A program made the translations under genes and the position numbers. The notes under the pieces are model-generated. The model made no database searches, was not told the DNA's origin, and saw nothing but the letters and a program-made list of their open reading frames with translations. Positions 1 through 8,904 of a DNA stretch of 64,000 bases are shown here, piece after piece (within the stretch, counting starts at the first letter, position 1; each line of letters opens with the position of its first letter). Origin of the DNA: Candidatus Bathyarchaeota archaeon (GTDB taxonomy: Archaea; Thermoproteota; Bathyarchaeia; Bathyarchaeales; Bathycorpusculaceae); contig CAVTBV010000016.1 in assembly GCA_963733095.1 (NCBI GenBank), positions 64,001 to 128,000 of the forward strand, given 5' to 3'.

Positions 1-564
1 GAAGCTCTTGGACGGGCGAAAGCTCGGGTGTGCAAGCATATTCTTTAACCTCTGAGTTTTCTGGGTATTTTTAGGTTTCTTGTCCGTTACCCCGTTAAAA
101 TCTAGCCATTTTCGGTTCTTGCTGGTTCGTCTCCATCTTGCACTCAATGTATCTTTCCCCCTCCGATTAACTAACGCATTTCTCAGTTGACATTATAAAA
201 TGTATCGCACATAAAGGATGACAAATTACCTAAACAACACAAAGCAAAATACTCATGAAAACAGCGATTGTACGGTAGTTTGAGTAAAGAAACATAAGGT
301 TTATGGTTAGCGAGGAGTTGCGGGGGGTCTTTGGTTTAAACATGTTAATGGCAGTGGAAAAGAGCAATACTGACCTAACTCCCTAAGGTTTTAACATAGA
401 ACCTCTATAAGCCCCCTAACAGGGGGTACAGTTTATCCTTCTTTACATCCTCACTGCAATGAGCAAATAAGGACCTAATCAAGAAACTTTGGCATGACTG
501 TTATTTTTAAAAAAGGTTTAATTGGTTGTTTATTTTTATTTTGAATTAGGTTGGAGGTGAATTT

Positions 565-1038
565 TTGGATTTTTTTGGTCATAAAACACAGCCCAAGGTT
601 ATATTGTCTTATGAGGTGTTAACTAAATGCCAGTGTGCAAAGTGCCCAGTTCAAGCCGAGAGCCAATGCGCCAAGCCCAAGATTGCTGCTAGAGATAAAA
701 TGCTTGCTGACATGAACTCTGGAAATGTTCAGGGGATTTTGGGTTCTGTAATGATGCAGAACATAGATATGATGAAAAACATGACTCCTGAAATGATGAG
801 AAACATGTCTCAAGAACAGATGAAGAGCATGAGCGATGAAATGATGAAGAATGCGCCAATGATGCCTAAAATTGAAGATATGCCTGGACCCTACTGCGCG
901 AACGGCGTTGCATCCTGCAAAGACCTTAATTTCAGCAAGGCATGTATTTGCGCCAGCTGCCAAGTTTTCAGAGATTTTAACCTTATTAAGACCAAACCCA
1001 CAAGCTACTTCTGCAAAGACGGCAAAGCTACGTCCTAA
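565..1038 (+). CDS. DUF2769-like Cys-rich protein with internal Met-rich insertion
   Basis: CxCxxCP...C, YCxxG, CxCxxC and YFCxxG pattern typical of archaeal DUF2769; GGAGGTGA SD before a TTG start; Met-rich middle segment. Confidence 0.7.
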   Translation: MDFFGHKTQPKVILSYEVLTKCQCAKCPVQAESQCAKPKIAARDKMLADMNSGNVQGILGSVMMQNIDMMKNMTPEMMRNMSQEQMKSMSDEMMKNAPMMPKIEDMPGPYCANGVASCKDLNFSKACICASCQVFRDFNLIKTKPTSYFCKDGKATS

Positions 1039-1422
1039 AACTATGAAAAGCATCAGTTTCTATTTTATAATATTTTTTTTACCACTCTTTGTTCCCCTTA
1101 GTTATTGATTGAGAACCATTTTTAAAGAGAGAGAGATAAAAGTGCCACAGTTGAAGTTGTATTGCCAGTCATAATGGTAATTACAATCGTCGAAGTCTTA
1201 GTTTTTTTTAAAAAAAAATAACCTCCAAAACATACCGTGAACACATGTTCTAAATACCAATTGATCGTGCTGTACCTCGAGCAATAGTGAGTTCAGAGAT
1301 TTCAAGAATGATCAATTGAATCTAGGTTGAATGGTAGAAAAAATAAAACAATACAGAAACTTTGTTTAAAAAACTAAAATCAAAAGTTGAATAAAACAAA
1401 AATGATGGGTTGCGCTGGTTGT

Positions 1423-1911
1423 TTAGACCATGCGTTGAACTAATGCGTTGATTGCTTCTCCGCGGTAGCCTGCTTCGCCGCCTGCTTGGAAGCCTTTTTT
1501 GGTTTTGCCCTTGTAGCCTTTGCTTGGTGGATGTAGTCTGAAGCGAGGTTGGATGTCTTGAAGTTTTCCGAATTGAACTTTGCAGCTAACTATGTCTTCT
1601 GCGAGGTCATCGACGCTTTTGTAACCAATTTTTTTAAGGTATTCTTCGGTTAGTTTTTTGTCGCCTGCTAAGAGGGCGCGTTTCTGTATCATCATGGCTA
1701 CGGTTTCTTTGGTAGGTTCGCCGTAGGTGATGTAGCTGTTTACGCGTTGCAACATGCCTTTGTAGGCTGGTCGACTATCGATTAGGATTGCATGGTTGGT
1801 GTGGTTTAAGTGGAGTAGATCAAGGGTTTCTCTAGCTTCACGTTGAGCACTGACGAGTCCACGGATTCGCACTACGACGAGAGGTTTGCATTCTTCTGTT
1901 TTCTGCGCCAT
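1423..1911 (-). CDS. rpl30: 50S ribosomal protein uL30 (archaeal long form)
   Basis: VVRIRG, TYGEP, FRLHPP and GYRGEAINALVQRM motifs; follows S5. Confidence 0.97.
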   Translation of the reverse strand: MAQKTEECKPLVVVRIRGLVSAQREARETLDLLHLNHTNHAILIDSRPAYKGMLQRVNSYITYGEPTKETVAMMIQKRALLAGDKKLTEEYLKKIGYKSVDDLAEDIVSCKVQFGKLQDIQPRFRLHPPSKGYKGKTKKGFQAGGEAGYRGEAINALVQRMV

Positions 1912-1912
1912 T

Positions 1913-2566
1913 TTACTTCACCCAGTCCACTGTGGTAATCAAATTATAAGTCTTCCTCAATCCATCAAAGATTGCGCATGCATAAGATGGCACGGTTCTT
2001 GTGGAGCCGAAGCTTCGCATCCACAGGTCTTTTACGCCGGCTAAGCCTAAGATGACTTTTGCGACTTCGCTTGAAACTAAGCCTAAGCCTCTTGGACCTG
2101 GAACGATGACTACTCGAACACCGCCACATTTGCCTTCTACTTCGAATGGGACAGAGTGTGGTTTTCCGCAGCCGCATTCCCAACTGCCGCATCCGCGTTT
2201 AACGGGGATTATGTTTAGGCGTGCATTTACTGCTGCCTTTTCTATGGCATTCCTTACTTGGCTGGCTTTTCCGCTGCCAAGGCCAATGTAGCCGTCTCGG
2301 TTGCCGACTGCAACGATGGCTTTGAATCGTGATTTTTCGCCTGCGTCAGTTTGTTTCTGTACTAAGTTAACGTTGATGACTTCTTCTTGCAGGTCAGGAA
2401 TCAGGGAATCCACGATTTGGGATTCAGAGATTTTTATGCCGCTCAGGAAAACGTCTTCGATGCTGGTGATTTTACCTTCCTGAATCAGCTTACCCAACCT
2501 AGTTTTTGGAACCCAAGTTTCTAAGTTAGTTGTCCGCTTTTCTCTTTCGTTTCTGTTTCTGCTCAT
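1913..2566 (-). CDS. rps5: 30S ribosomal protein uS5
   Basis: WVPKTRLG, QKQTDAG, RGCGSWECGCG. Confidence 0.98.
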   Translation of the reverse strand: MSRNRNEREKRTTNLETWVPKTRLGKLIQEGKITSIEDVFLSGIKISESQIVDSLIPDLQEEVINVNLVQKQTDAGEKSRFKAIVAVGNRDGYIGLGSGKASQVRNAIEKAAVNARLNIIPVKRGCGSWECGCGKPHSVPFEVEGKCGGVRVVIVPGPRGLGLVSSEVAKVILGLAGVKDLWMRSFGSTRTVPSYACAIFDGLRKTYNLITTVDWVK

Positions 2567-3417
2567 TCTTTCTTTCCACCTTTCTTAGGAGCCTTTGGTT
2601 TTGGCTCTTTTTCTTTAGGTGCAGCCTTTCCTTTTGGCGCCTTCTCTTTTGGGGCTTTCTCTTTGGTTGCTTTGGCTACAGCTTTGACCTTAGCAGGTTT
2701 TGCTTCTACTGGTTTCTTTTCTTTAGCTTTAGCTGGAACTTTTTCTTTGGGTGCCGCTTCGACTGCTGCTTTGGGAGCTTTTTCTTTTGTGGCAACTATC
2801 GGTTTGGCGGCTTCTGCTCGTAGTTTAGCGCTCTTAGTTCCAGCCAAGATGTCAGCCTTAACCTTGGCTAAGTGTTCAGCGATTTTTTCTGGGGCAATCC
2901 CCTTTGCGGTGTACTGCGAGAATTTGGCGGTGTATTCTTCTGAGCTTGCGCCTAAGTTTTTCGCGTATTTAGCAATGTGGTCACCTTTTAGGCGTTCTTT
3001 AACGATTTTGTCTTCCCTGTGAGGAACTTCAACGCCTCCGTCTACGACTCCGCTTAGGATAGCGAAGATCTTTGAGCCTTTCGTGGGTGAAACCAAGCCT
3101 ATGTCGAGGATTGCTTCGTTTATGCCGGCGGCTTTTGCTTTCACACCGCAGAGTAAACCTGTTAGGTAAGCAGCGGGAATGTTGCCTGTTGGAGCTCTCC
3201 AACCGTAGGATTTGAGAAGTTCGCGGCTGTTGGCTGATGCTAAAACTTCGTCCCCATGGGGCTTAGCGATTATGATTTGTACTTCAACATTCCTGATTGA
3301 CGCTCTTGTTACAAGCCGGGGTTTTCTGGATGTAACTAGAGCCTTACGTGCTTGGTAATCAGTTTTTCCTTCACGTCTACGTCGCAATTGTACTCGGTAA
3401 CTTGCATTTTTCGCCAT
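2563..3417 (-). CDS. rpl18: 50S ribosomal protein uL18 with Lys/Ala/Pro-rich C-terminal tail
   Basis: RRRREGKTDY, GNIPAAYLTG, LDIGL. Confidence 0.97.
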   Translation of the reverse strand: MAKNASYRVQLRRRREGKTDYQARKALVTSRKPRLVTRASIRNVEVQIIIAKPHGDEVLASANSRELLKSYGWRAPTGNIPAAYLTGLLCGVKAKAAGINEAILDIGLVSPTKGSKIFAILSGVVDGGVEVPHREDKIVKERLKGDHIAKYAKNLGASSEEYTAKFSQYTAKGIAPEKIAEHLAKVKADILAGTKSAKLRAEAAKPIVATKEKAPKAAVEAAPKEKVPAKAKEKKPVEAKPAKVKAVAKATKEKAPKEKAPKGKAAPKEKEPKPKAPKKGGKKE

Positions 3418-3873
3418 CTAACGTTTCCTCCAAAGATCATGCGCTTTCAAACTGCGCTCTAAATCAGCTATAGACTCAAACCGTCCACTTCCAGCCATCC
3501 TATAGTATTGAGTGTAGGTAGTTTCGGCTATGACTTTTCTTGCTTTCAAATCTCTAAGTTTGCGCCGTAGAGAACGAACTCTTATCATCCAAGCTTCTTT
3601 CTTGGTGACTTTTGCGTGGGCAGCGCCTGTTAGGCTTCCTGGACCACTTCGTCTACCCAGAAGTTTTTTGGCTCGGATAACCTTTGCTCGGGATCTGCTT
3701 ACGCCTTTCTGAGGTAACGAAACTATGATTTTTTCATGAATCAGTTTTCTGACTTCTTCACGGGTAATTGCACCTTCAACATCGTCCATGCGTTCAGGAT
3801 TAATCCAAACACGATTTTGCCCAATCTTGAGGATTTGAGCAGCTAAACGTCTTTGTCCGGCTAGGTCGGTCAT
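3418..3873 (-). CDS. rpl19e: 50S ribosomal protein eL19
   Basis: QRRLAAQILKIG.NRVWI, AITREEVRKLI. Confidence 0.97.
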   Translation of the reverse strand: MTDLAGQRRLAAQILKIGQNRVWINPERMDDVEGAITREEVRKLIHEKIIVSLPQKGVSRSRAKVIRAKKLLGRRSGPGSLTGAAHAKVTKKEAWMIRVRSLRRKLRDLKARKVIAETTYTQYYRMAGSGRFESIADLERSLKAHDLWRKR

Positions 3874-4433
3874 TGTTTCTTTTCTCCCTTCTTTGGTTTA
3901 GATTTGGTTTTTTTAGGAGCTTTCTTTTTGGTTTCTTTCTTGGGTTTTTTCTCTGCTTTCTCGACTTTGGGCTCTTTAACTTCTGCTTCTGGCGCTTCGC
4001 CTTCTGTGCTTTCTTCGGTTTTCTCTTCTGCTTCCTTGGAAACTTTGACGTTCAAGATTTTGATGTTAAGGTTTTTGGCTTCTGCGATGATTAGGGCACG
4101 TTTTCGTTTACCGACCGTGTGGGCGATGCGTGCAGCTTGAATGTTAGGGTCGATGGTTGAGAGGTCTGCTACGTTGTAAACTATGACTTCACGGTATCCT
4201 GAAGGGTGAAGGAATCGGGCAATTTTTGGTCCCTTATAGCCCGCGCTGGGTCCTGGTGGCCAGCCCTTGATTTTTCGGCGGATCTTGTTGTCTAAGCCAC
4301 GGGGTTTTCTCCAGCTTAGGCTGAAGCGGTCGTATTTCCAGCTTTCTGCCCGTACGAATTTGGGTTTTTTGTTTCTAGCGCGCTCTCTAAGTTTGAGTGC
4401 TTCGCGTGATAAGGAGGGTTTCTTTTCGGTCAT
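3870..4433 (-). CDS. rpl32e: 50S ribosomal protein eL32 with Glu/Lys-rich tail
   Basis: WRKPRGLDNKIR, LHPSG, RIAHTVG. Confidence 0.97.
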   Translation of the reverse strand: MTEKKPSLSREALKLRERARNKKPKFVRAESWKYDRFSLSWRKPRGLDNKIRRKIKGWPPGPSAGYKGPKIARFLHPSGYREVIVYNVADLSTIDPNIQAARIAHTVGKRKRALIIAEAKNLNIKILNVKVSKEAEEKTEESTEGEAPEAEVKEPKVEKAEKKPKKETKKKAPKKTKSKPKKGEKKQ

Positions 4434-4978
4434 TATGCCATTCCTTCGTTTCTTTCATAAACATATATACCGTCGAGGAAAACTCGGGGGTCTTTGTTTC
4501 GCACACGTGTAGCCTGTTCAATATTGGCGGCGGTTTGACTAACTTCTTCCAAGTTTGTGCCTTCAACGATTATGTCGTCAGGTTCAATTTTTACTTTGAC
4601 TCCACTGGTTAGTTTTATTCTGCGGGGTCTGCGTTCACCCGTAAAGTTTTCTATTAAGATGGATTTGTCTTGAAGTTTTACTGATATTGGGAAGTGGGAG
4701 AAGACGATTTTGAGTTTGTATTGGTAGCCTTTTGTTACTCCAGTTATCATGTTGTTTATGTGTGAGTAGATTGTACCTACGAGAGCAGCTTCCTTTTTGC
4801 GTGGCCACTTTGCCCAGATGCGGACAGTCTTCCCTTCGCCTTCTATTGAGATGGGTGCAAACGAGAAGTCGCGTGTTAATGTGCCTTTTGCGCCTTTAAC
4901 GTTGATTTTTTTGCCTTCCAAACTTAATGTTACGTCGTCAGGAACTTGAACGGTTTTAGATACTTCTGGAAGCCGCAT
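4433..4978 (-). CDS. rpl6: 50S ribosomal protein uL6
   Basis: SHFPI, NFTGER, KDPRVFLDGIY. Confidence 0.98.
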   Translation of the reverse strand: MRLPEVSKTVQVPDDVTLSLEGKKINVKGAKGTLTRDFSFAPISIEGEGKTVRIWAKWPRKKEAALVGTIYSHINNMITGVTKGYQYKLKIVFSHFPISVKLQDKSILIENFTGERRPRRIKLTSGVKVKIEPDDIIVEGTNLEEVSQTAANIEQATRVRNKDPRVFLDGIYVYERNEGMA

Positions 4979-4991
4979 AATTATATCTCCT

Positions 4992-5375
4992 TTAATATAC
5001 GAAGGCTAAGAGCCTTCCTCCAAGGTTTTTTTCTTCAGCGTCTTTGTGGGCTATTACGCCTTTGGAAGTTGAAACAACCATTATGCCGACGTCTCTGGAT
5101 GGCAGGAACTTCTTTTCCCACTCTTCAAAGGCAGTAGATTTGACTGCGAATCGTGGTTTAACTGGGCCACACTTGTTTATTCTGCCGAGCAGTTGAACCT
5201 TGAATTTTCCTTGTCGTCCATCGTCGATAAATTCGAATTCTCCGATGTAACCGTTGAGTTGCATAATGCGTAGAACGCGTCCCAAAAGTTTAGAGGCAGG
5301 GCTAATTATGCATTCGCGCTTGTTGCGTGTTTCATTATTTTTTATGGTTATCAAACCATTTGTTAAGGTATCCAT
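4992..5375 (-). CDS. rps8: 30S ribosomal protein uS8
   Basis: GYIGEFEFIDDGR, LLGRINKCG, GGRLLAFVY. Confidence 0.98.
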   Translation of the reverse strand: MDTLTNGLITIKNNETRNKRECIISPASKLLGRVLRIMQLNGYIGEFEFIDDGRQGKFKVQLLGRINKCGPVKPRFAVKSTAFEEWEKKFLPSRDVGIMVVSTSKGVIAHKDAEEKNLGGRLLAFVY

Positions 5376-5389
5376 TTTTTTCTCAGCTC

Positions 5390-5554
5390 CTACTCATATT
5401 TTTTGAACCCTAATTTTGGGGCCGCTTCTCTAAAACATGTCCTACATAAATATAAATCGTAACGTCGGATGACTGGTCCGTATGAACCACATCTAACACA
5501 TGGACGTGAACCTTTGCCATATTTTCTTACTTTCTTGACTTGTTCTTTTCCCAT
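5390..5554 (-). CDS. rps14: 30S ribosomal protein uS14, zinc-finger type (absent from ORF track)
   Basis: Hand translation [54 protein letters not shown]; CxxC...CRxCFRE; expected position between L5 and S8. Confidence 0.96.
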   Translation of the reverse strand: MGKEQVKKVRKYGKGSRPCVRCGSYGPVIRRYDLYLCRTCFREAAPKLGFKKYE

Positions 5555-5569
5555 ACATTCACTCTCAGT

Positions 5570-6109
5570 TTAGACGATTTCGACTCCCAAGGTTTGTTTT
5601 ATGTAGACGATTGATTCTTCCGGTGTTAACAGGTGTTTTGGACCAATGGTCTTGTTTTGTTTTCTGCGAATTTTGATTCTTTGTCCCGGGCGGTTAACAG
5701 TGACGCAGACATCCATTCCGAAGATACCGATTTCAGGGTCATATTTGACGCCTGGAATTTCAATGTGTTCTTTTAAGCCGAAGGCAAAGTTGCCGCGTTC
5801 ATCGAAGGCGCGTTTTGCAACCTTATTGTCTACCACGGGTAAGATTTTTTTGAGGAAGTCAACGGCTTTTTGCTTTCGCAAAGTTACGACGACAGCGATT
5901 GATTCGCCCTCGCGTATGCCGAAGTCTCTGATGGTTTTCTTAGCTTTCCTCTTTACGGGTGTTTGACCGGTGATTTCTTTGAGGACACTGTTTGCTTTTT
6001 CTAGTGGTTCGCCTGATTTTCCAACGTTAAGGTTCACGACAACTTTGTCGATGCGTGGCTTTAACATTGGATGTTGTTCCCATTTACTAATTATTGCTTC
6101 TTCAGACAC
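5570..6109 (-). CDS. rpl5: 50S ribosomal protein uL5
   Basis: KVVVN, TIRDFGIR, GNFAFG, YDPEIGIFGMD. Confidence 0.98.
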   Translation of the reverse strand: MSEEAIISKWEQHPMLKPRIDKVVVNLNVGKSGEPLEKANSVLKEITGQTPVKRKAKKTIRDFGIREGESIAVVVTLRKQKAVDFLKKILPVVDNKVAKRAFDERGNFAFGLKEHIEIPGVKYDPEIGIFGMDVCVTVNRPGQRIKIRRKQNKTIGPKHLLTPEESIVYIKQTLGVEIV

Positions 6110-6866
6110 TTGCTGATGCCTCCAGTTGAGTTATGAGTGGTTCGGTTTCGCCTATGGAGAAGATGAAGTCCAAGATTGTTTGGCAACGTATACCATTTGC
6201 GTCTTCGATTACTACTAGGGCTTGGTGACGTTTTTTAGCTTCGGTCTTTTCGATTTCAACTATCTTGCCTTGTGTGCCGATGTTTTTTCCGCCAGTAATT
6301 ACTGCCAAGTTTCCTTCTTTAGTTTTCAAAGTTTGGACGACTTGTTTTTCTGGATAGGTTACTTTGAGGATGTCGAATGTTTCGTATGTGACTTCTTGCG
6401 GGTTTTTTGGGTCTGTGACTTTTATGAGCATGTTGGAGCCGTCGTGGAGTGCGATTTGAACGCCGTTGTGGACGGTGGCTTTGTCTTCGACGCGCAGGAG
6501 TGTTGTGTTGGATTCTTCTTTGCTGATTGGAGCTAAAACCAGTCCTTTGTGTGAGGGCATTACACGGTAGTATTTGCCCATCTCAGGCATAGTTATAACA
6601 TCCATTAAGCCAACTGGAGAATCGTCTTTTTTGCGGATTTTGCCGTTAACGAGTACTTTGCCTTGAGCGAGTATCATTTGACCTTCTTTACGTGTTTGTG
6701 CAACACCTAGCATATCTCTAAGAACTAGCGTTAAAGGTAGACACTCATGAAGCGAATGTGAACCTGACGAGGGCTTTACTACCCACGGCAGTTCTTTTCT
6801 ATGAATTGGCCAGAATGCTGGCGCTGGCTTACGTTTCAGCCTTGCAGTTTTTCCTTTTTTACCCAA
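6102..6866 (-). CDS. rps4e: 30S ribosomal protein eS4
   Basis: LKR.PAP.FWPI.RK, PVGLMDV, LHDG.N, ITGGKN. Confidence 0.97.
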   Translation of the reverse strand: MGKKGKTARLKRKPAPAFWPIHRKELPWVVKPSSGSHSLHECLPLTLVLRDMLGVAQTRKEGQMILAQGKVLVNGKIRKKDDSPVGLMDVITMPEMGKYYRVMPSHKGLVLAPISKEESNTTLLRVEDKATVHNGVQIALHDGSNMLIKVTDPKNPQEVTYETFDILKVTYPEKQVVQTLKTKEGNLAVITGGKNIGTQGKIVEIEKTEAKKRHQALVVIEDANGIRCQTILDFIFSIGETEPLITQLEASASV

Positions 6867-6868
6867 TT

Positions 6869-7534
6869 TTATTGTCCTCCCTTAGTTTTTCCAGAGGCTT
6901 TTGATTTAGCACTTGCTTTAGGTGCGGTTTCTTTTTCCTCTGTCTTTTTTACGGTTTGTGCCTTCTTTGCAGGGGCAGCCTTCTTGGCAGCAGGTTTCTT
7001 TGCTGCAGGTGCCTCTTCTGTCGCCATCTCTGGAGCCTGCTCTTTTGTAACTTCAGGCACTGCTTCTTCTTCAACCAGTGTGACTTTTTTAACCTTAGCT
7101 GCAGCCTTTTCTGCTTTCTTTGCTGGTTTAGCTTTTGGTTTTTCAGCTTTTACTGGTTTTTTGACAGCCTTCTTTCTTTCAAGGATGTTCTTGCGCCATT
7201 TATCGTCGAGATTGAGGCTGCGTATTTGGACTTTAGATGGATGAACTGAGATGAATATGTTCGTTCCATCAACTTTTTCTCGGGTTAATCCTTCAAGGTA
7301 AATGCGATATGCTTTTAGGTCAACACGTGAAACTTTGCCTTCAAAGCCTTTGTTGTCGCCGCGTTTGATTTGTACAGTGTCACCTTTTCTTACTGGAAGG
7401 GTCTTTGCGCCTCTTGAAGCAGCAAGCTCATTTGATAACGGGGCTGCCATAAGTTTATGGCGTATATGAGCGGGAGCATTAAAGAGTCTTTTTCTTTGTT
7501 TACCCGGGTTCTTTACTCGTTTTGTATCTTGCAT
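6869..7534 (-). CDS. rpl24: 50S ribosomal protein uL24 with Lys/Ala/Glu-rich tail
   Basis: PGKQRK..FNAP.H, PVRKGDTV, HPSKV; start moved to ATG at 7534 (MQDTK), clear of rpl14. Confidence 0.96.
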   Translation of the reverse strand: MQDTKRVKNPGKQRKRLFNAPAHIRHKLMAAPLSNELAASRGAKTLPVRKGDTVQIKRGDNKGFEGKVSRVDLKAYRIYLEGLTREKVDGTNIFISVHPSKVQIRSLNLDDKWRKNILERKKAVKKPVKAEKPKAKPAKKAEKAAAKVKKVTLVEEEAVPEVTKEQAPEMATEEAPAAKKPAAKKAAPAKKAQTVKKTEEKETAPKASAKSKASGKTKGGQ

Positions 7535-7545
7535 TATCTTTACAC

Positions 7546-7986
7546 CTATACAATTATGCTGGAGGCACTTGCGATTCTTGGCCATCTTTCAGCTGCTTCT
7601 CTTGCTACTGGACCGCGTATTTCTGAACCCTTCATTTCACCGTCGGGTGTGATTATTACTGCGGCATTATCTTCAAATTGGACCCAAACCCCGTCAACAC
7701 GCCTAAAGCATTTCCTTTGGCGGACGATTACTGCTTGAAAAATCTTTTTGCGCATATCAGGTGATCCTTGACGTACGGAAACTGTGACTTTGTCACCTAC
7801 GGTGGCGGAAGGGTAACGTCTTAGTCTTCCTTTGTAACCCATAGCTTGAATCAGTCGCAAAACACGTGCGCCTGTATTATCGGTACATTTCATTTCGGAT
7901 CCTGCTAAAAGTCCACGACTGATTTTTTGTCCGTGTGAAAGCATACCTTTTGCTACGAGTGCTCTCTGTTTCGCTTTCGCGGCCAT
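7546..7986 (-). CDS. rpl14: 50S ribosomal protein uL14
   Basis: DNTGA, FEDNAAVI, GPVAREAAERWPRIAS. Confidence 0.98.
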   Translation of the reverse strand: MAAKAKQRALVAKGMLSHGQKISRGLLAGSEMKCTDNTGARVLRLIQAMGYKGRLRRYPSATVGDKVTVSVRQGSPDMRKKIFQAVIVRQRKCFRRVDGVWVQFEDNAAVIITPDGEMKGSEIRGPVAREAAERWPRIASASSIIV

Positions 7987-7987
7987 T

Positions 7988-8308
7988 CTACTTTTCCTCT
8001 CCTAATTTCTCAACAACCACGAATGATACTGTTTTGCTGACTGGTCGGCATTCTGCGATTTTCACGCGGTCGCCCTCTTTTACGTCGATGCATGGTGGAT
8101 TGTGTGAGGGGATGTGTCCGTGTCGTCTTTCGTAGCGAACGAATTTTGATGAGAATTGTAGGAATTCTCTGTCAACGATAACGGTCTTATCCATCTTTGA
8201 AGTGTGAACGACGCCTTCCAGTACACGTCCACGTATGGAAAGTGTTCCGTGGAATGGACAATTTCGGTCGTCACATGTCTTTTTAGGTTTCTTGAAAGTC
8301 ATTGACAT
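7988..8308 (-). CDS. rps17: 30S ribosomal protein uS17
   Basis: CDDRNCPFHG, KMDKTV, ECRPVSKT. Confidence 0.98.
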   Translation of the reverse strand: MSMTFKKPKKTCDDRNCPFHGTLSIRGRVLEGVVHTSKMDKTVIVDREFLQFSSKFVRYERRHGHIPSHNPPCIDVKEGDRVKIAECRPVSKTVSFVVVEKLGEEK

Positions 8309-8309
8309 A

Positions 8310-8591
8310 TTACCATAACCTCTTTACGCCTTTTTTTAGCCTGTCTTCAGACCTACCAACTAATAGGTTACCGTCAATTTCTACTGTTGTTCCATCACCA
8401 AACTTGAAGTCAAAAACTGCCAAGTCTTTTATGACACTTTTAGGTTGACCTTGATGAATTAGAGTAAGTGTGTTTCTTGTTTCAGCTACTATCGGACCAG
8501 CCAATCCAAGGTAACCTGCATGATTGCTCTGCGCGATTTTTGCGTGAGTGCCTATAAACTCATAACGGATGATGTCGGGTGTTACTTTCAT
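8310..8591 (-). CDS. rnp1: RNase P protein component 1 (Rpp29)
   Basis: EFIG...G.IV.ETRNTL...IDG..L.GR.EDRLKK; conserved position between L29 and S17. Confidence 0.93.
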   Translation of the reverse strand: MKVTPDIIRYEFIGTHAKIAQSNHAGYLGLAGPIVAETRNTLTLIHQGQPKSVIKDLAVFDFKFGDGTTVEIDGNLLVGRSEDRLKKGVKRLW

Positions 8592-8643
8592 TAGGAAACA
8601 GTCTCCTTGTCTGCTTTCGTGGCTTTGGGTGCTTTGGCTGGTT

Positions 8644-8904
8644 TTAGTTTTTTGCTGGTTTTCCAGTTTTCTTTGCTGGTTTTTGCTCTTTCGCTTCAGC
8701 TGGTTGCCTTATGCCAAGTTTCTTTTCGTTTTGGATAGTTAATATTTGAGCGATCGTTCGGCGCAGTTCCCGCATTCGTGTTGGGTTTTCTACGGCACCG
8801 CCTGCATTAACCATGGTTCTGATGCGGGCTAGTTCAATTCGTAAGTCTGCCAGTTTGTTTTCTCTATCTTCAGTTGACAGGGCATTGATTTCTTTTACGC
8901 GCAT
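8644..8904 (-). CDS. rpl29: 50S ribosomal protein uL29 (tail may continue to 8591 in the -1 frame)
   Basis: LR.EL...GGAVENP.R.RELRRTIAQILT; TAATG overlap with rps3. Confidence 0.95.
   Translation of the reverse strand: MRVKEINALSTEDRENKLADLRIELARIRTMVNAGGAVENPTRMRELRRTIAQILTIQNEKKLGIRQPAEAKEQKPAKKTGKPAKN

Noticed and set aside
1-560. Partial gene at the left edge
   Set aside because: Only short frames with no recognisable motif or convincing start.
7535-7585. N-terminal extension of L24 given by the track (likewise for L22, aroA, the aminotransferase and the IDH-family gene)
   Set aside because: Upstream in-frame starts overlap neighbouring genes or precede the conserved N-terminus; downstream ATGs fit better.
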